A stretch of DNA of 36,511 bases from Paraglomus brasilianum. Lineage: Eukaryota. A program made the translations under genes and the position numbers. The stretch lies in the NCBI GenBank assembly GCA_910592345.1, contig CAJVPI010000292.1, forward strand, positions 1 through 36,511. The letters are read 5' to 3'. Below are positions 12,171 through 25,094 of this stretch, piece after piece (the stretch's first letter is position 1; each line of letters begins with the position of its first letter). The notes beneath the pieces are model-generated. The model ran no database searches. It was not told the origin of the DNA and saw only the letters and a list, made by a program, of their open reading frames with translations.

Positions 12171-13924
12171 AGATGCTATCTATTATCTATGCGATAGAGT
12201 TGAGAAAATTATTGTCAACCAATAGAAAGCTGTCTAATGTAATACATCGTGACATCATATCCGTAAATATGATTAGTGTAACATTTCGGAACAACACGGT
12301 AAATGTTTTTACTGGTTGGCAAATTCGATAGGTCACGCGTAAAACTGTCACAATGATAGCGATAACAATAGCGATAGTAATGCAATACGATATCAACGCG
12401 GTTGTTATAGAAATTTGCACAACAAAAAAAGCGCAAGTCTGCAACGCCGATACGATTGTCTAACTAAACAATAAAGTAAATGGTAATTTTCCAGCATATA
12501 GAATAAAGTTATTTATATTAGGTGCATGTTAATATTTGTGCTTAACGTTGTACATGTATATAAACAGCGGTTGATCCTGACAATTAAACATGTCCAGGAA
12601 ATGTTCATAATAATTAATCCAATGTCCGATAGATATTAGGAGGCATGTCCATGATCAAATATAGAAGAAAAGGGAAAAGTGCAAATAAGCTCTGGTCTTC
12701 TCTTATCAATAGTTGGTGATCTTGTTAGTAGTTATTTCCAAAATCTCCGACAGTAAATTGCTTAATATATACCCACGTTACTACTTAGCAATAACCATTG
12801 TGAGTATTGTACTTCCACCGCCAATTACAAAGTCCTGTAGGAGAGAGGTCTATCTTGGTATATATAGAAAGCGGACGTCAAACAAATAAGCCTGAGGAAG
12901 GAATAATTTCAAAAGTCTTAAGGCGTTAGTAAACCGTAGAATTAAGGCTTGTGCCCCCCAAGTAATATTCGCGATCTTACTACAAGAGTAAAGCAGTTTA
13001 CAACAATAGCGAATATCCACCAAATAATTATGTAGCAATTGGTTGTAAGTAAAAGGCGCACTTTCATTAACACGTTATAAACGAAGGTGTTTTCATGGCA
13101 GATCGGGAACAAACTTGCTATAGTTTATACAGTGTACGTGATACAATATTTACAATATGCACGTGCTGCGTATCGGTAGTAAACAATCAATTAATATATT
13201 GATACTATATTTAGTAATATCGTGTGAGTAATTATGGCTCATAATAGATGCTCATAATAGGAATGGTTTTATAAAAATTCGAACCAAACAATGGCTCCAG
13301 ACTTTGCACAAGTTGAGAAGATGCTTTTATCAACATGTTGCTTATCACATTTCATTTACAAGTGTGTAAAGTACAACAAAGTCCAATCAACAATATAACA
13401 AGCGAGGAACGACGACCAAGTGTGAGATTACGTACGAAAAGGAAGATTCTAATTGAAAACGATCAGGATTGTTGAATAAATAAATTATTGTTCAAGATTG
13501 TGGAAATTGTTTATTGTTGCCCGCTCTCTAATGAATAGACAACAAATGTACGGTTTTTGAGATTTGCAAATCATAAGTAAACTCCAATCCACCTACAAAA
13601 GTAAGGGGAAAATTACAATTAGCACTGCGGTGAACCGCTAAAAGACGAAAGGCGTCAAAACTGGGGATCAATATGATATACAAGCATATACAGATGTTTT
13701 AATTATCATTTACACTTATCGCTCACCTTCGCTCAATAAACATTATAATAATATCACACGGAAACAATATATCAGCCACTATAAACATCTAATATAGCGG
13801 CGATTATCATTATAATTACACTCATCCAACTTAATCTCTTCTCTCGCCTCCCCTTCTCCAATTGCTAGTGCTGACATGCACCAGCTTTTACCATCTTAAT
13901 GTCCCTCCCTCTTAATCTCTAGGT

Positions 13925-14923
13925 TCATCGTTCAAACCCGATCTCCTCTCTTCTGATCCTACTCCTTTTACTAGGCATCTCAATAAGACCCTCAACGGGA
14001 ATACTCTTACCCAAAAATCCAACTTCGTTTCCACCAAACTTCCGCTTTAGTTCCCCAGCACTACCCCATATTCCAATACCTCCTTCCTGTCCTACGCTTA
14101 TCGCTTCAATCTCTCTCTGACTAGAAGATACCATCATATGTTGTGGCATAGTAAAATCAAATATTGAAGCGGTTGGAAATGTCTGAAAGGAGGTGGTTGT
14201 TCCTGACAGCGCTGACTGTGAATAGAGTTGATGTGAATTGGCATGCGGTGTTTGATGTGGGAAAGTGGTTACTGCATGGTCAGAAGCAGAGTGAGAATGA
14301 GAGGAGTTTGTTGTATTTTCGGATGGCTGTAGTTGGGATGATTGAGACGACGGTGGTGGTGGTAGTGGCTGTATGGAAGCTTGTTGCGGTTGACATTGAT
14401 GATGTATTATTGCAAGTTGTTGTGATTGTCCCTATCAGAAGAAATAGCGAAACGCAGTGAATATAGAGATACAAAAAATTAAATTTATGTATTACAATTG
14501 GTTACTAATTTATTATACATTTACAATCATAAACTACTACAGCTATCTATTACGCTTATCATTCTTTCTAATAACTACATTGTGCATCTTCCTACATCAA
14601 CTCACATTCACACTATCCTCTGTATTCTGTACATACGCCCCATGTAACTGTCCATGTTTTGCTCTCGCCCAATTTACTAAATCTTCCAAATCGACAACCA
14701 TTCTCTCACTTGCCCCTGTCTGCTGTTGTTGCACATGAGGGTGTGTGTTTAAAAAGTCCATAATATCAAGAAGACACTTTTCATAACCCCTTTTATACGC
14801 GCTATCTCGTTGTCGCTGTCCTTCTCGATAGAGATCGACAACTGTATTGGCAGCTAGAGCAAATTTGGCCTGTAGAGATTGTAAAGCTTCTGGCTCCTCA
14901 GAAGACCTATTAGACGTGTCCAT
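13925..14923 (-). CDS. HAPSTR1/C16orf72 (DUF4588)-like protein, 2 exons
   Basis: Exon 1 (14923-14606) contains LQAKFALAANTVVDLYREG...AYKRGYEKCLLDIMDFL. A phase-0 intron (14605-14432, GTGAGT...TAG) leads into a Q/P/S-rich region that continues into ORF 13925-14149 and ends in basic KRSRIRR. The family call rests on recalled motif similarity. Confidence 0.7.
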
Positions 14924-16720
14924 TTCCTAGATAGTAGTGTTAGAATTTAGGAGAGAGAGCTACGTTTGGTTCTTGATTGAGAAGTGAAGGGAAGAGTGTT
15001 AGACCAGGAGGTTGTATGCGGAGTAAGCTATGTGGTCGTGTATGCGACTAAATAGTCGATATATTGTTGCTTATAAATGAGTAGCGGTTCCTGTCTATAA
15101 TGAGTTTTTACTCACTGCTGACTAATACTATTGTCTTCAACCGTATTCAGACTATGGGAAAGCGTAGAGTATAGCTATCGCACAATAGAAATCAAAGTAT
15201 GGGCTTCTATCAAACATTTTTGGATTTGAGAACTGTGTGTAACAGTATCGGAAACATGTGCGCCCTCATACGAGTCATAGTCATCATGTGCGAGTTACAA
15301 CAATATTAGTGGATATTGGAAAAGCCAACACGTAAAAAGGTTTAGACAACGCGTAACGACACTATTTAATATTGGGCATGCTACGACAAAACCAGACAAA
15401 TAAACATAAGCCACAGCATCTGTTCACCCTGCATTTTTATTTATTTGCGATTCGAAGACGCAACACATAACACAATCAAAAGAATCGGAATAAAATCAAA
15501 TTTCTTATTCACTGTAAATTAAATGTACTCGGATCTAAAGCATGAGCATAGCTTATTCCCTTGGTTGCTTTAAAAGCTCTCGGTTACTCATTGAAATCAA
15601 GTTTATGAATTTTACTATCTTTATCAAACCTTCTTTCATAAGTCTCTTTCCCTATTAAGGTAACAATATTACTAGTAGGATCGGTTCAATCAAATATTAC
15701 ACCCCAGCGCAGAATCGCCTTTCTAATTTCTTCCGTGAGTTGGTCAGCAATCGCCTTTCTGCGTGAGTAAGTTTTTATTCGATAGTGGATTTTTTTATTG
15801 AGTGTCATTTTTCAGACTTATAGTTTGCTTGTATTGTGGAATCGTCAATAATATTAAATTTATTCTTCAGAAGAATAATAACGTTCTTTTGAAGCGTTAC
15901 TGATAGAAGCTAAATTATCCCTTTTTTTTTGCCAATTTGAATCGGTGCTGTTTCTACAGTATAATGTCATTATTTATCATATGGCGCATATTTTGATTCA
16001 AGCTTCTGTATTCTGCACAGCAATTTTTCGTTGTGTCACAAATGGCAACAGTCCTCCTTCCAAGGCGTGCAATACAGTGATACGCGTGGTTAAGAGAAAG
16101 AATTTACTTGAAATGCGCGTAGTATGACTCACCTTTTCTTTGGCGCAATTTATCAACTATATCCTAGATTTGTCTGGGATAAGGAAAATATACACTCCTC
16201 CCCGCTAAACTTATATGAAATGAAAGGGTTTAAACCTTGGAGGAGCAACCCCTCTTGTGTATATTTTTATGCACAGTTTGTCTGGTTTTGTAAAAAATTT
16301 CTGATAATGCGAAACTTCTCATGACTACTATTATTTTAACAACATCCTTTCAATGGTTAACAGAAGACTGATCCTGCAAATTTCTTTGGGAGCAATAAAC
16401 GTTGTGTATGGCAATAGATGCCATGACTGATGCTTAAACGGATTGATTCAAAACTATAACTTCGTTGTTTTTTGTTGGGTTTTTTTCTTTCTCTTTTTCT
16501 TTGCTCATTAACAATGTACAGATATTTTACACTTCATGCAGTGTGCAAGAGTCGTGGTACACGGTACAGCAAGTAGTTTTCAGTGGATAGATTAACAACC
16601 CTCGAGTGTATCAAAGCCTCTTACACTATAAATGTATAGCGACGAACGATTCAGTTAAATTTTCTTTGTCTACAAGATATAATCGTGTCTGGGATGAATA
16701 GATTGTCAAATCTCACTTTT

Positions 16721-17370
16721 CTAATGACGTTTACGTTTCCTTCGTGCATGTTCATCTTTGATCTGTTCTATCAAAGTATAGTAGTCTGGAAACGGTTTAC
16801 CACATGTCGTGCAAAGAGTTTCCGTCTCGTCATCTGAAGATGCAGAAGACTCCGAAGAATCCTGTCAAAGATCCAATCGATAAATTAGAGAATATAGACT
16901 GTAGAATCAATTGCATAGATACGACATACCTGAGATACGGCCTCACAGCTTTAGCTGAAAACCTGGGAGGACATCACCGCCGTCCACAAAGATTGCATTA
17001 TTGTTTTCATCGTACCAGCTCTGCTCGCGCCGGCGTACAATACATCCCGATCTTTTCTGAACTTGTAGAATCTTTTGTTCGCAGGATCGACCAGCCATCC
17101 CAATTGCACCCCCGCGAGGAAGTACACATACTTGAATTTTTCAGTAAGTTCCAATAGTTTAGAATTCTGAGACACATCTTCGACTTCGGCGACAATTGGG
17201 CTGAAAGGATCGCCTCGAAACGTATAAAGCTGTTATTTATCCAATTGCAATATGTTTCCTTGGGAGTAAAGGCGCTCTGATCGTTCTCCCGCCAGTCGTA
17301 GGAAACACCCTTGCAGATCTTGGCATCTTTAATCCGCCACTGTTGGAGTTCGGCGAGGAATGTGAAAAAC
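16721..17370 (-). pseudogene. Frameshifted Uma2/DUF820-family endonuclease gene with an intron and a C-terminal zinc-finger-like/basic tail
   Basis: Fragments GGRTIRAP, APIVAEVEDV, EKFKYVYFLAGVQLGWLVDPANK and VDGGDVLPGFQL; intron 16929-16862; last exon DSSESS...CTTCGKPFPDYYTLIEQIKDEHARRKRKRH*. Confidence 0.75.
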
Positions 17371-17397
17371 AGTGGCGGTAAACTTTGACTGCGTACG

Positions 17398-17442
17398 ATT
17401 TTTTTATTTTTTATTTTTTATTTTTATTTTTATTTTTATTTT
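17398..17442. repeat. (TTTTTA)n microsatellite
   Basis: Directly visible run of T5-7A units. Confidence 0.9.
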
Positions 17443-18018
17443 GCACATATCTGTCACCTTACAAACTGGACATGGAGATAAAACAGCATTGCTTCAGTTG
17501 TACCAGAGAAGGTTCTCATTGACAAGCAAGTTGCAGCATTAGAGAGAAGGATGATTCAATCATAAGTTTACTAGTAGTTTTCCATCATATTTATTTGATC
17601 CTATAGATATTTTGTTCCACCATAAGAGATAATCCATCATTTCGGCTATACAGGAAAAGGTGTAGAACCTCCTCGAATATCAGTTGTTATGCAATATACA
17701 GTATCTATTTTCCTAGATGAATTTAAATCTACTGAAACATCGGCTTTTCCAGAGGCCGAGCTCTACTTTCTGAAATGTTGCCTGATATATAGATAATAAT
17801 GTAACATAATATAATAACGTAGTGATATGTAATGTCGGATTTTTTTTTATGTACAACAATTTTGTCACGATAAAATAAAAAAATCAATGCAAATAGTCAT
17901 TTTGACTTCAAGGCGGCCACAGTTCACTAACTGTCTAACTTAAATATAATGTCAGGATGAATGATATATTCCTCTTACTCTGTAATTAATAGGAACGAAA
18001 ATTTTGCCATTAGATTAT

Positions 18019-18502
18019 TACAGTCGCACCTCGATATAGTCACTCTCGATATAGTCACATTTGCAATATAGTCACACTTTGCAATTTACCAATTCATTTA
18101 ATATGAAATTTACCTCTTAGTCCCATTTAGGTTAATAGTCACTGTCACACTATTCAATTATCATTATATCTTGAAGTAGTCACAAAATCGCATGTCAAAA
18201 ATAGACCATTCCCAATTCCAGTTGCTCCACATACTTAGCTAGTGTTAATGTCGGCTTGAATACGACGGAGTTTTTTATAATAAAAATTAAACAATTATGC
18301 AGCAGTTTTTTTATAATAAATAAGAAATTATGGTACATATCTTACTGTGGGTGAATTAACAATAATACATATAATATTACCTTCGTACAGTCACATAATT
18401 TAGTAACAGGCCTATTGGGTGACTATATAAAAGGAATTCGATATAGTCATACCTTGTTATAGTCACTCAATTTTCGTATCCCGACGCCTAGATGCGACTG
18501 TA
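18019..18502. mobile_element. Non-autonomous pogo/Tigger-like element (about 480 bp) with TA target duplication
   Basis: Ends TA-CAGTCGCACCTCG and CTAGATGCGACTG-TA form near-perfect inverted repeats. Many internal (A)TAGTCAC motifs, one of them inverted. Confidence 0.8.
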
Positions 18503-19095
18503 ATTTATTTTCCATTCAATTAGTTTAGTAAAACAATCTAAAGATATAGCAAACGCTATATTCAGCCTTCTTACGATCAGAGCTTGGATTTCGTTCTTTA
18601 ATCCGAACATTCCTTAAACGTTTGTACTATATTAGATTAATATTCATATAATAAATGATATACATATTTATCCCACTTCAGTTATTCTGCAGTCGTAAAC
18701 CGCGGGCTCCGGAATCGTTGGGTAGAGTTGTTAAAAATTATTACTAAAATACGCGTATACTTTGATATAATATAAACCCCCATTGTATCCACCGATTTAA
18801 GGTAGACAGTCAGTCGATAATCCACGTTATACCAATCAGTTATTTGGAGAACTGTGAGTATAAAGCGGGAGTAGAGGTTAGCCCAGCCTCGATTGAAAGA
18901 GGGCCAATTACTGAACGCTCTCCCTCGACAATTGATATGAGGTTAGATGAATAGGAATGTAGCTTCTGTTTTATTGATTTTGATGACCCAACTCTTCTTA
19001 ACTTTGAAGCAGAAGTTGCGAAGTAATCGTCTTACAAATAAACAGAATAGACAGAAATATCTTTTTTGGAAGCAGTCAATAAACGTCTTTTATTG

Positions 19096-19285
19096 TACAC
19101 AGTGGCTCTCGATAAGATGATGTCGTCAGGCCGGATCAAAAGGATCATATTATCGAGCGTTCATTATATCGAGCGTTCTCGTTATAACGAAAGCCATTGT
19201 TATAACTGATTTGGGCCCAGGAAAAAGCATCATATTAGCGAACATCATATTATCGAGAGATCATTATATCGAGAGCCACTGTGTA
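19096..19285. mobile_element. MITE (about 190 bp), Tc1/mariner-pogo type
   Basis: Perfect 19-bp inverted repeat TACACAGTGGCTCTCGATA (19096-19114 and 19267-19285) including the flanking TA. Internal TCAT(A)TTAT(A)TCGAG motif repeated four times. Confidence 0.92.
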
Positions 19286-19467
19286 TTAGCCTGTGTACGA
19301 GTACAATTTACCGCAAAAGCAAGTCAGGCTTTCATAAACACGATAATTCTGACATGTCTTACTTGAAAGCTACAGATTAGCTTTTTTTTTTTTTTGTAAA
19401 AACGCAAATTGCATGTTTCCAACTGTAACAGATGGTGCATAAAACATACCTCACACTAATTATCGTT

Positions 19468-20340
19468 TAAGCGATCACATACCCTAGTTTCATTGGTTTT
19501 GAGTTCTCAATAATATCCTCCAAATTAAACCAAATGTGGTCAGTTAGTTTTCGTTGAACGCCTTGTGGTTTAGTGAGTTCTCGAAATTTCTCCCCTTCCT
19601 CAACCCACTGTTGGAATTTTTGATGGTTCCCAAGGACATCCATATATCGTTATGGTTATTTCAATGGGTGACATTGGCTTCGAGCATAATACACTCGGCA
19701 CCATTTTGGCTAAGAAACTGACGATGTAGTGAACAAAATATAAGCTCATGATAGATAATACAAATAGACATTTCTCAGACAAATTATGCCACCTACTCCA
19801 TATTTAGTATGAAATTTAGTACGAATCTTACGCGCAATCTTAAGATTTCTCGTTTGCCGAATATCTTGGCAGCGGTATAAATATTGCCCATGATAGCAAT
19901 AAGGATGTTCGACATAATAATAACTAGAGGCAAGCTTGCAATAACGGTATAGATTTTAACTGGATAGTAATTCCAGTTAACATTATCCCATCTTCCATTC
20001 ATCCAATTGTAAGCTGATAGCACAGAGGTCCAGAAACTTGCAAAATTATTGTCAGATACCCGTTAATATGACACCTATATATAAATCCTCTATACAGTCA
20101 CGGTTGTTGTGTAACCGTAGAGGAAAATTTTTATAAACGCAGCCAGCGGTAAGCACTAAAGCCCATATTATATTATAAGCCACAAATTTACACCGCCGTA
20201 AGGTAGTAATGAATATAAATGTTATTACATCATATCTACGTAACACTTTTGAGAACACAATGTGTACATAAATGGTGAGATAATAATTAAAACACCCAAT
20301 ATGAATAACTACTTCGTTAATCTTTACACAATGTCAATCG
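19468..20340 (-). pseudogene. Decayed TRP-like cation-channel C-terminal (pore/S6) fragment
   Basis: DNNFASFWTSVLSAYNWMNGRWD...IYTVIASLPLVIIMSNILIAIMGNIY resembles the ion-transport S6 signature (NxLIAxM). Upstream hydrophobic segments contain stops and frameshifts. Confidence 0.65.
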
Positions 20341-20505
20341 GAAAAAGAACATTGATAATAAACGCGATATGCGAAACAAATCCTACTTAAGGACAACTTT
20401 TTAGTAATGTACCAAAATTTTATCCAAAAAAGAAAATTGGCTTTCGACAAAACAGAATCTCGTCAACCTCGCTGTTAATCACATGACTATCAATTAATCC
20501 CTTTA

Positions 20506-20569
20506 TACAGTCACCCCTCCTTAGAGTCACTGACTTTGGCTGGTCCCGACCTAGGGAAAGTCGGCTGTA
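20506..20569. mobile_element. 64-bp miniature TA-flanked element related to the 18019-18502 family
   Basis: TACAGTCACCCCTCCTTAG...CTAGGGAAAGTCGGCTGTA imperfect inverted ends. Shares AGTCACT..TTT...TCCCGAC..CTAG with the larger element. Confidence 0.55.
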
Positions 20570-21397
20570 TTCCCATTATGTCAGGGCTCGTCGGAAATGA
20601 ACAGTGAGATAGCGCTATAATTAGGTTTAATAATCAACATTCTTGTTATTAAGTAACAGTTAGCAATATGAATGTTTTCGTAAATATTCTCGTGACACAA
20701 CATCACATGCAAGGTTAAGATTAGATCTCAGTCCCGTGTTCCTTCTTATGGTTGTCGAGAACGTGACAAGACCGATTATAATTATGCACTATTGTTGATG
20801 TTGTGTTACTATAATGGGTACAATAATCTACAGCATAATAATAAATTTTAGTTATTATTATAATGAAAACTTATTTTCATTATAGTCAAGAAATCCCACC
20901 CACACTTTTAACGTCGTACAATATATTCCTATATATAGAATTTAACACAATGCTGACCGGAATTAATATTGGTCTTTACAATGAAGATTACTCCTTATAC
21001 TGTGCGACGTTAAAAGTTTGACCATAATCTTATTTTCTACAAAAATAGTATGGAGGCTGCCTTATATTTAACTGCCTTCAATGAAATATAAACAAAATTG
21101 TCAGAAATTTTATTTTTAAAACGTTCTTCTTGGAGGATGTTAGTTCTTAAATTTAACTAAGTACATAACTTTAACCCTTCCGTCATTTAGGTCTATCTAT
21201 AGATATGGCGCGGTTTCTAAGATAATGGAAAAGAGTTTACTACAAACATTTATACAAAAATCAACAGCAACGCGTGAAGCTATAATAATCATTGCTATCA
21301 TTAATCTTAACGATTAATAGTATAGTACCCTCCTTTTTCCACCGTATGTCCTTTCAAATTCACAGTTTAGATTATTATAATACAAGAGATTTAGTTT

Positions 21398-24358
21398 TTA
21401 ATCGTACTCCATGTCTATTTGATAATTCCATACTAATTTTCTTAAATTCTGACCGATAATAGCACTCTCATACCCGGGTGGTGCAGCAAGTTCTCTTTTC
21501 CCCTTCTCTTTCTCCAACTTCCTTGCAAGTTTCTCTTTTGCCTTGACAAAAACACCAAACGCTTCCACATATTCCAAAATCCAACTCTTAAATTCTTTAT
21601 ACGCTGCTTTCTCTCTCTTCTCATTCCTTGCCTTTACTCGGTGTATCACATTGTGAAAGAACCATATGAGATCATCATGCCGCTTGTCCTGCCATGCAAA
21701 ATAAGCGAATTCTTTAAGGATATCAAGATCGAAACGGTCAATCGCCAGCCCCCGTGGAAAACAATTGAGCACTGATAAGAAAAGATCCTTTGCTAAATCG
21801 TCTGCGCCTGATTGAACAGAGTATTTGAGATAGAGATTAATCATTATCGTGTCTTTGATTCCAAGTGGAGGTGTTGGAAACGGTTGTATGATTTGTGGGA
21901 ATTTCGACGCATCTTCGTCGGTCTCTTCCTTTCCCTTCACATCATGACTGGACGTTTTCGCCAACCCATCTTTTTCATTATTATTTTGACCTGTATCCTC
22001 TTTCTTAACGGTCTTCCGTTCTGACGGGTATTTATAGACCGCATATTTATTTCTCCATTTGCAGAATGCTCCAAAAACCTTTTTTATCATGGCCATATTA
22101 TGCTCTACTTCACCATAGTACTCCATTAATATCTGCCAATATTCAAGATTAACCCGCCCTTCAAGTCTCAATCTTGCTGCAAGTGTCTTTCCATCGCCAA
22201 TTAGTCCCGGCGTATGTAAGTAAGTATCAATAATCGCCAAATTCCATTTAATGTTTTCATCATCATTTACCGAGTTTGCAATATTACTCTCAATTTCTGT
22301 TACTATATCCTGAATAAACCCCAGATCTTTGCATACGGACGCACATTTGAGCATTGCTCTGTACGTACGAAAGGTTGGTTTCACTGGTGGAAATTCTCTC
22401 AACATTTGGTATCGAACAACATTCAACGCGTATAACGCTTCACTTTCCTTTTGTGCAGCTGCTTCAAACACCACTTCATATAAACTCGAATTTCTGTTCA
22501 AACCCACTAAAGGCATTTCATTCCATCTCCTCCACATCGCGCGGTAAAATCCGGCTGATCCTAACTGTTTTAAAAGTGTCCTCATCGTATCTATGCTATG
22601 AGGCACATCATTCAAACCCATCATCCGCTCAACGTCGAATATGCTATGTAGTATTTTCGAGCGCTCCTCAGGCGCCTTAGATTTATGTTCAGACGAAGAA
22701 AAGGATGCTTCTAGCATCGAGTTGAATGCTTTCGATTTATCGGTATTATATCCGTACATTTCCATCAAATAGTAAATCTCAGCTGCCTTGGAAAGATCAG
22801 GCTTCTTGGTTGTACTACTAGTCGTTGTACGCGCCTGGGCTTCAAGAAGATAGAGGAATGTCCTCTGAGTAACTCGTATGCCTTCCGCCCTCATGTTCAT
22901 TATGTTGTCGTACGCTTTTGACAAGGGAAATTCACCCTCTGATAATCTATTCGCAAATATTTGGAATTGAACTACCATGTTATGATATTGTCTACTCGCC
23001 CATGGTAATTGCAAGTCATTTACGGAAAAGCTTTCCACTAGCCGAGTCCATGATTCAAAAAAATCGCTCTTGTCAATATCCCCTGAGATTCGTGACCTGT
23101 GATACGGTACGTCTACCTTCTCATTCACGCCTTCGATATTTGTAACCTCGGCCTTGAGCGCACCGAGATGTGCTTTCATCAGGATCAGCGCGAAGACAAG
23201 TTTCGTCCTCAGAGGTTCATCTGATTCCCTGCTATCTCGCATTTGATTGACTAATGGTAACCACTCACTTACAAGCTTCTGTGTTTCTATGATATTCCCT
23301 TGCTCAGCCCAATAGGCGGCCATCGTAACAAGTGGATTGGTCGATGGTAAATATTTGTGGTTTTCCTTAATTTTCTCGAGTTGTTCCATTGCTCGCGAAA
23401 TTTTTTGTTTTCGTGCAAGCGCCCAAGCAATCTCGGATTTTATGTCTATTGTAGATTGTCCAGACTGCTCAATCTGTTCGATTACTGAATTAAGAACATT
23501 GATGTCTTTGCTAGTGCCGCCACCCAATGCCTTTTGGAGTGAAGAAACCGTGATCAGTAATTCAGCGTCAGCAAATCATATCATGCAATTGCATTATCAA
23601 CTTACACGTAATACGACTTTCCAAGTATCTTTGCCATATGGCTTGGGCACCGTCTGCAAAAACTTTTCGGCCAAATTGAATGTAGCCTCAGTTAGTTCTG
23701 TATTCTCTAAATTCGGTTGGTCCAAGTACGCAGATTTCCTTGATTTCACGACAAGTGGCTTAGTCAAAGAATGAAGTAAAGCACTCCATAAATCTTCATC
23801 CATTTTAACTTTTGACGCCACATTTGCACTGGCGTCCTCAAGTGGTAGGATATCTTTGGCTAGTTTTTCGACTGTCTGCTTAATAAGTTTTTTATTTTTT
23901 GAAAGTGAGAGAACTTTGAACAAATAAGAATAGGTTTTTTTTGTTGGGTAGACATCAAGCGAGAGATCTGTAGCTTCCTTGTACATCTGCGATATGACAT
24001 TGAGTGCACTCTGAAGGTCTCCTGCCTCTGCACAAGCCTGCAGGACAACATGATATACTTTTCTTGTCGGTTGAATATTTTGTTGCTTCGCTTGAATGAA
24101 GGTTGAAGCCACTGACCCTAGATCGGATTTCGAGATATGATCCAACAACTTCTGGAGAAACTCTTCCTGTTTTGCACTCTGAATATCAGATGGATCAGAC
24201 GCATTGGGAGTGGTTGCAATTGCAGAAGCTAATCTCCTTGATTGCGATAATCCGCTGTAGTAATAATCTGTTCTGAAACGTTTAGAGGGTTTTACAAGCC
24301 ATGAACATGCATTTAAATTTATTCGACATTTTGAATGAAGGATTCTGTGACGAATCAT
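21398..24358 (-). CDS. Pentatricopeptide-repeat protein, probably mitochondrial, 2 exons (about 960 aa)
   Basis: ORFs join through intron 23605-23531 (GTAAGT...AAG). Arg-rich N-terminal presequence. PPR-like motifs QPTRKVYHVVLQACAEAGDLQSALNVISQM, PTKKTYSYLFKVL and KPTFRTYRAMLKCA. Confidence 0.85.
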
Positions 24359-24590
24359 TTGCTGCTCGAGTAGTCAAATTTTTACTTCTAGTCCTTATAG
24401 TAATAGTAATAGGCACGATTCAATCCGTTGTGTAACATCTAGCTGTCACTCTATGCTGAATATGGGATTAATTATGAATGTTACGCAGATACCAGGAATT
24501 TTTCGTAGTACGACTTTGCCCAATACAGAGAATGCGAATTATCATCACAATTGTTACAACGCCCTGCTTTAAAAATCTCCTCGTTTATTT

Positions 24591-24683
24591 AAACAAGACC
24601 TCAACTGAGCCTCGATAATAAACGTGAGATTTGTGAATATGTTAAACAACATCCAAAAGCAAAGCATAGCGAACTAGCAAACC
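24591..24683 (+). pseudogene. pogo/Tigger (CENP-B-like) transposase N-terminal HTH relic
   Basis: Reads TRPQLSLDNKREICEYVKQHPKAKHSELAN, typical of the CENP-B N-terminal helix-turn-helix. Not followed by an open frame. Confidence 0.65.
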
Positions 24684-25094
24684 GTCTAATAAGAAATTCT
24701 GTTAACAATCAAAACATCAATAAAAATTTTCATTGTTATGACATCAATGGTGTTTCAAAAGCGAAAATTGATTTTCTTTAGTATAATAAAATCTGGCATA
24801 TTCTAATAATACAGTCAGCCAAAAAAATTTTTAAAAATTCACATGATTCAATTTGTGACAACATCGAATGTCAGTAGAATGTGTTAGTTTGAGATAGTTT
24901 ATTATGATAAATGTATTGTTTGTAACTGTCATATATTATTAACTATTGCGAATGGATACTCGTTAGCCGCTATTTAACGACTTGGTCGTTCTTAACGTTG
25001 CCCGAATCACGCCAAGTATTGTGTGATTCACGACTCTATACCATTCCACCCACCCTATTAGGCCTCAAGGCCGTTAACTCGAACTCGTGACCTA

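Noticed and set aside
12480..13100. Possible decayed spliced gene (DFVIGGGS after a CTACAG acceptor)
   Set aside because: Stops follow within about 20 codons and no assignable homology.
15540..16430. Coding-like degraded sequence on the minus strand
   Set aside because: Many stops and no family motif I can support. A translated search would be needed.
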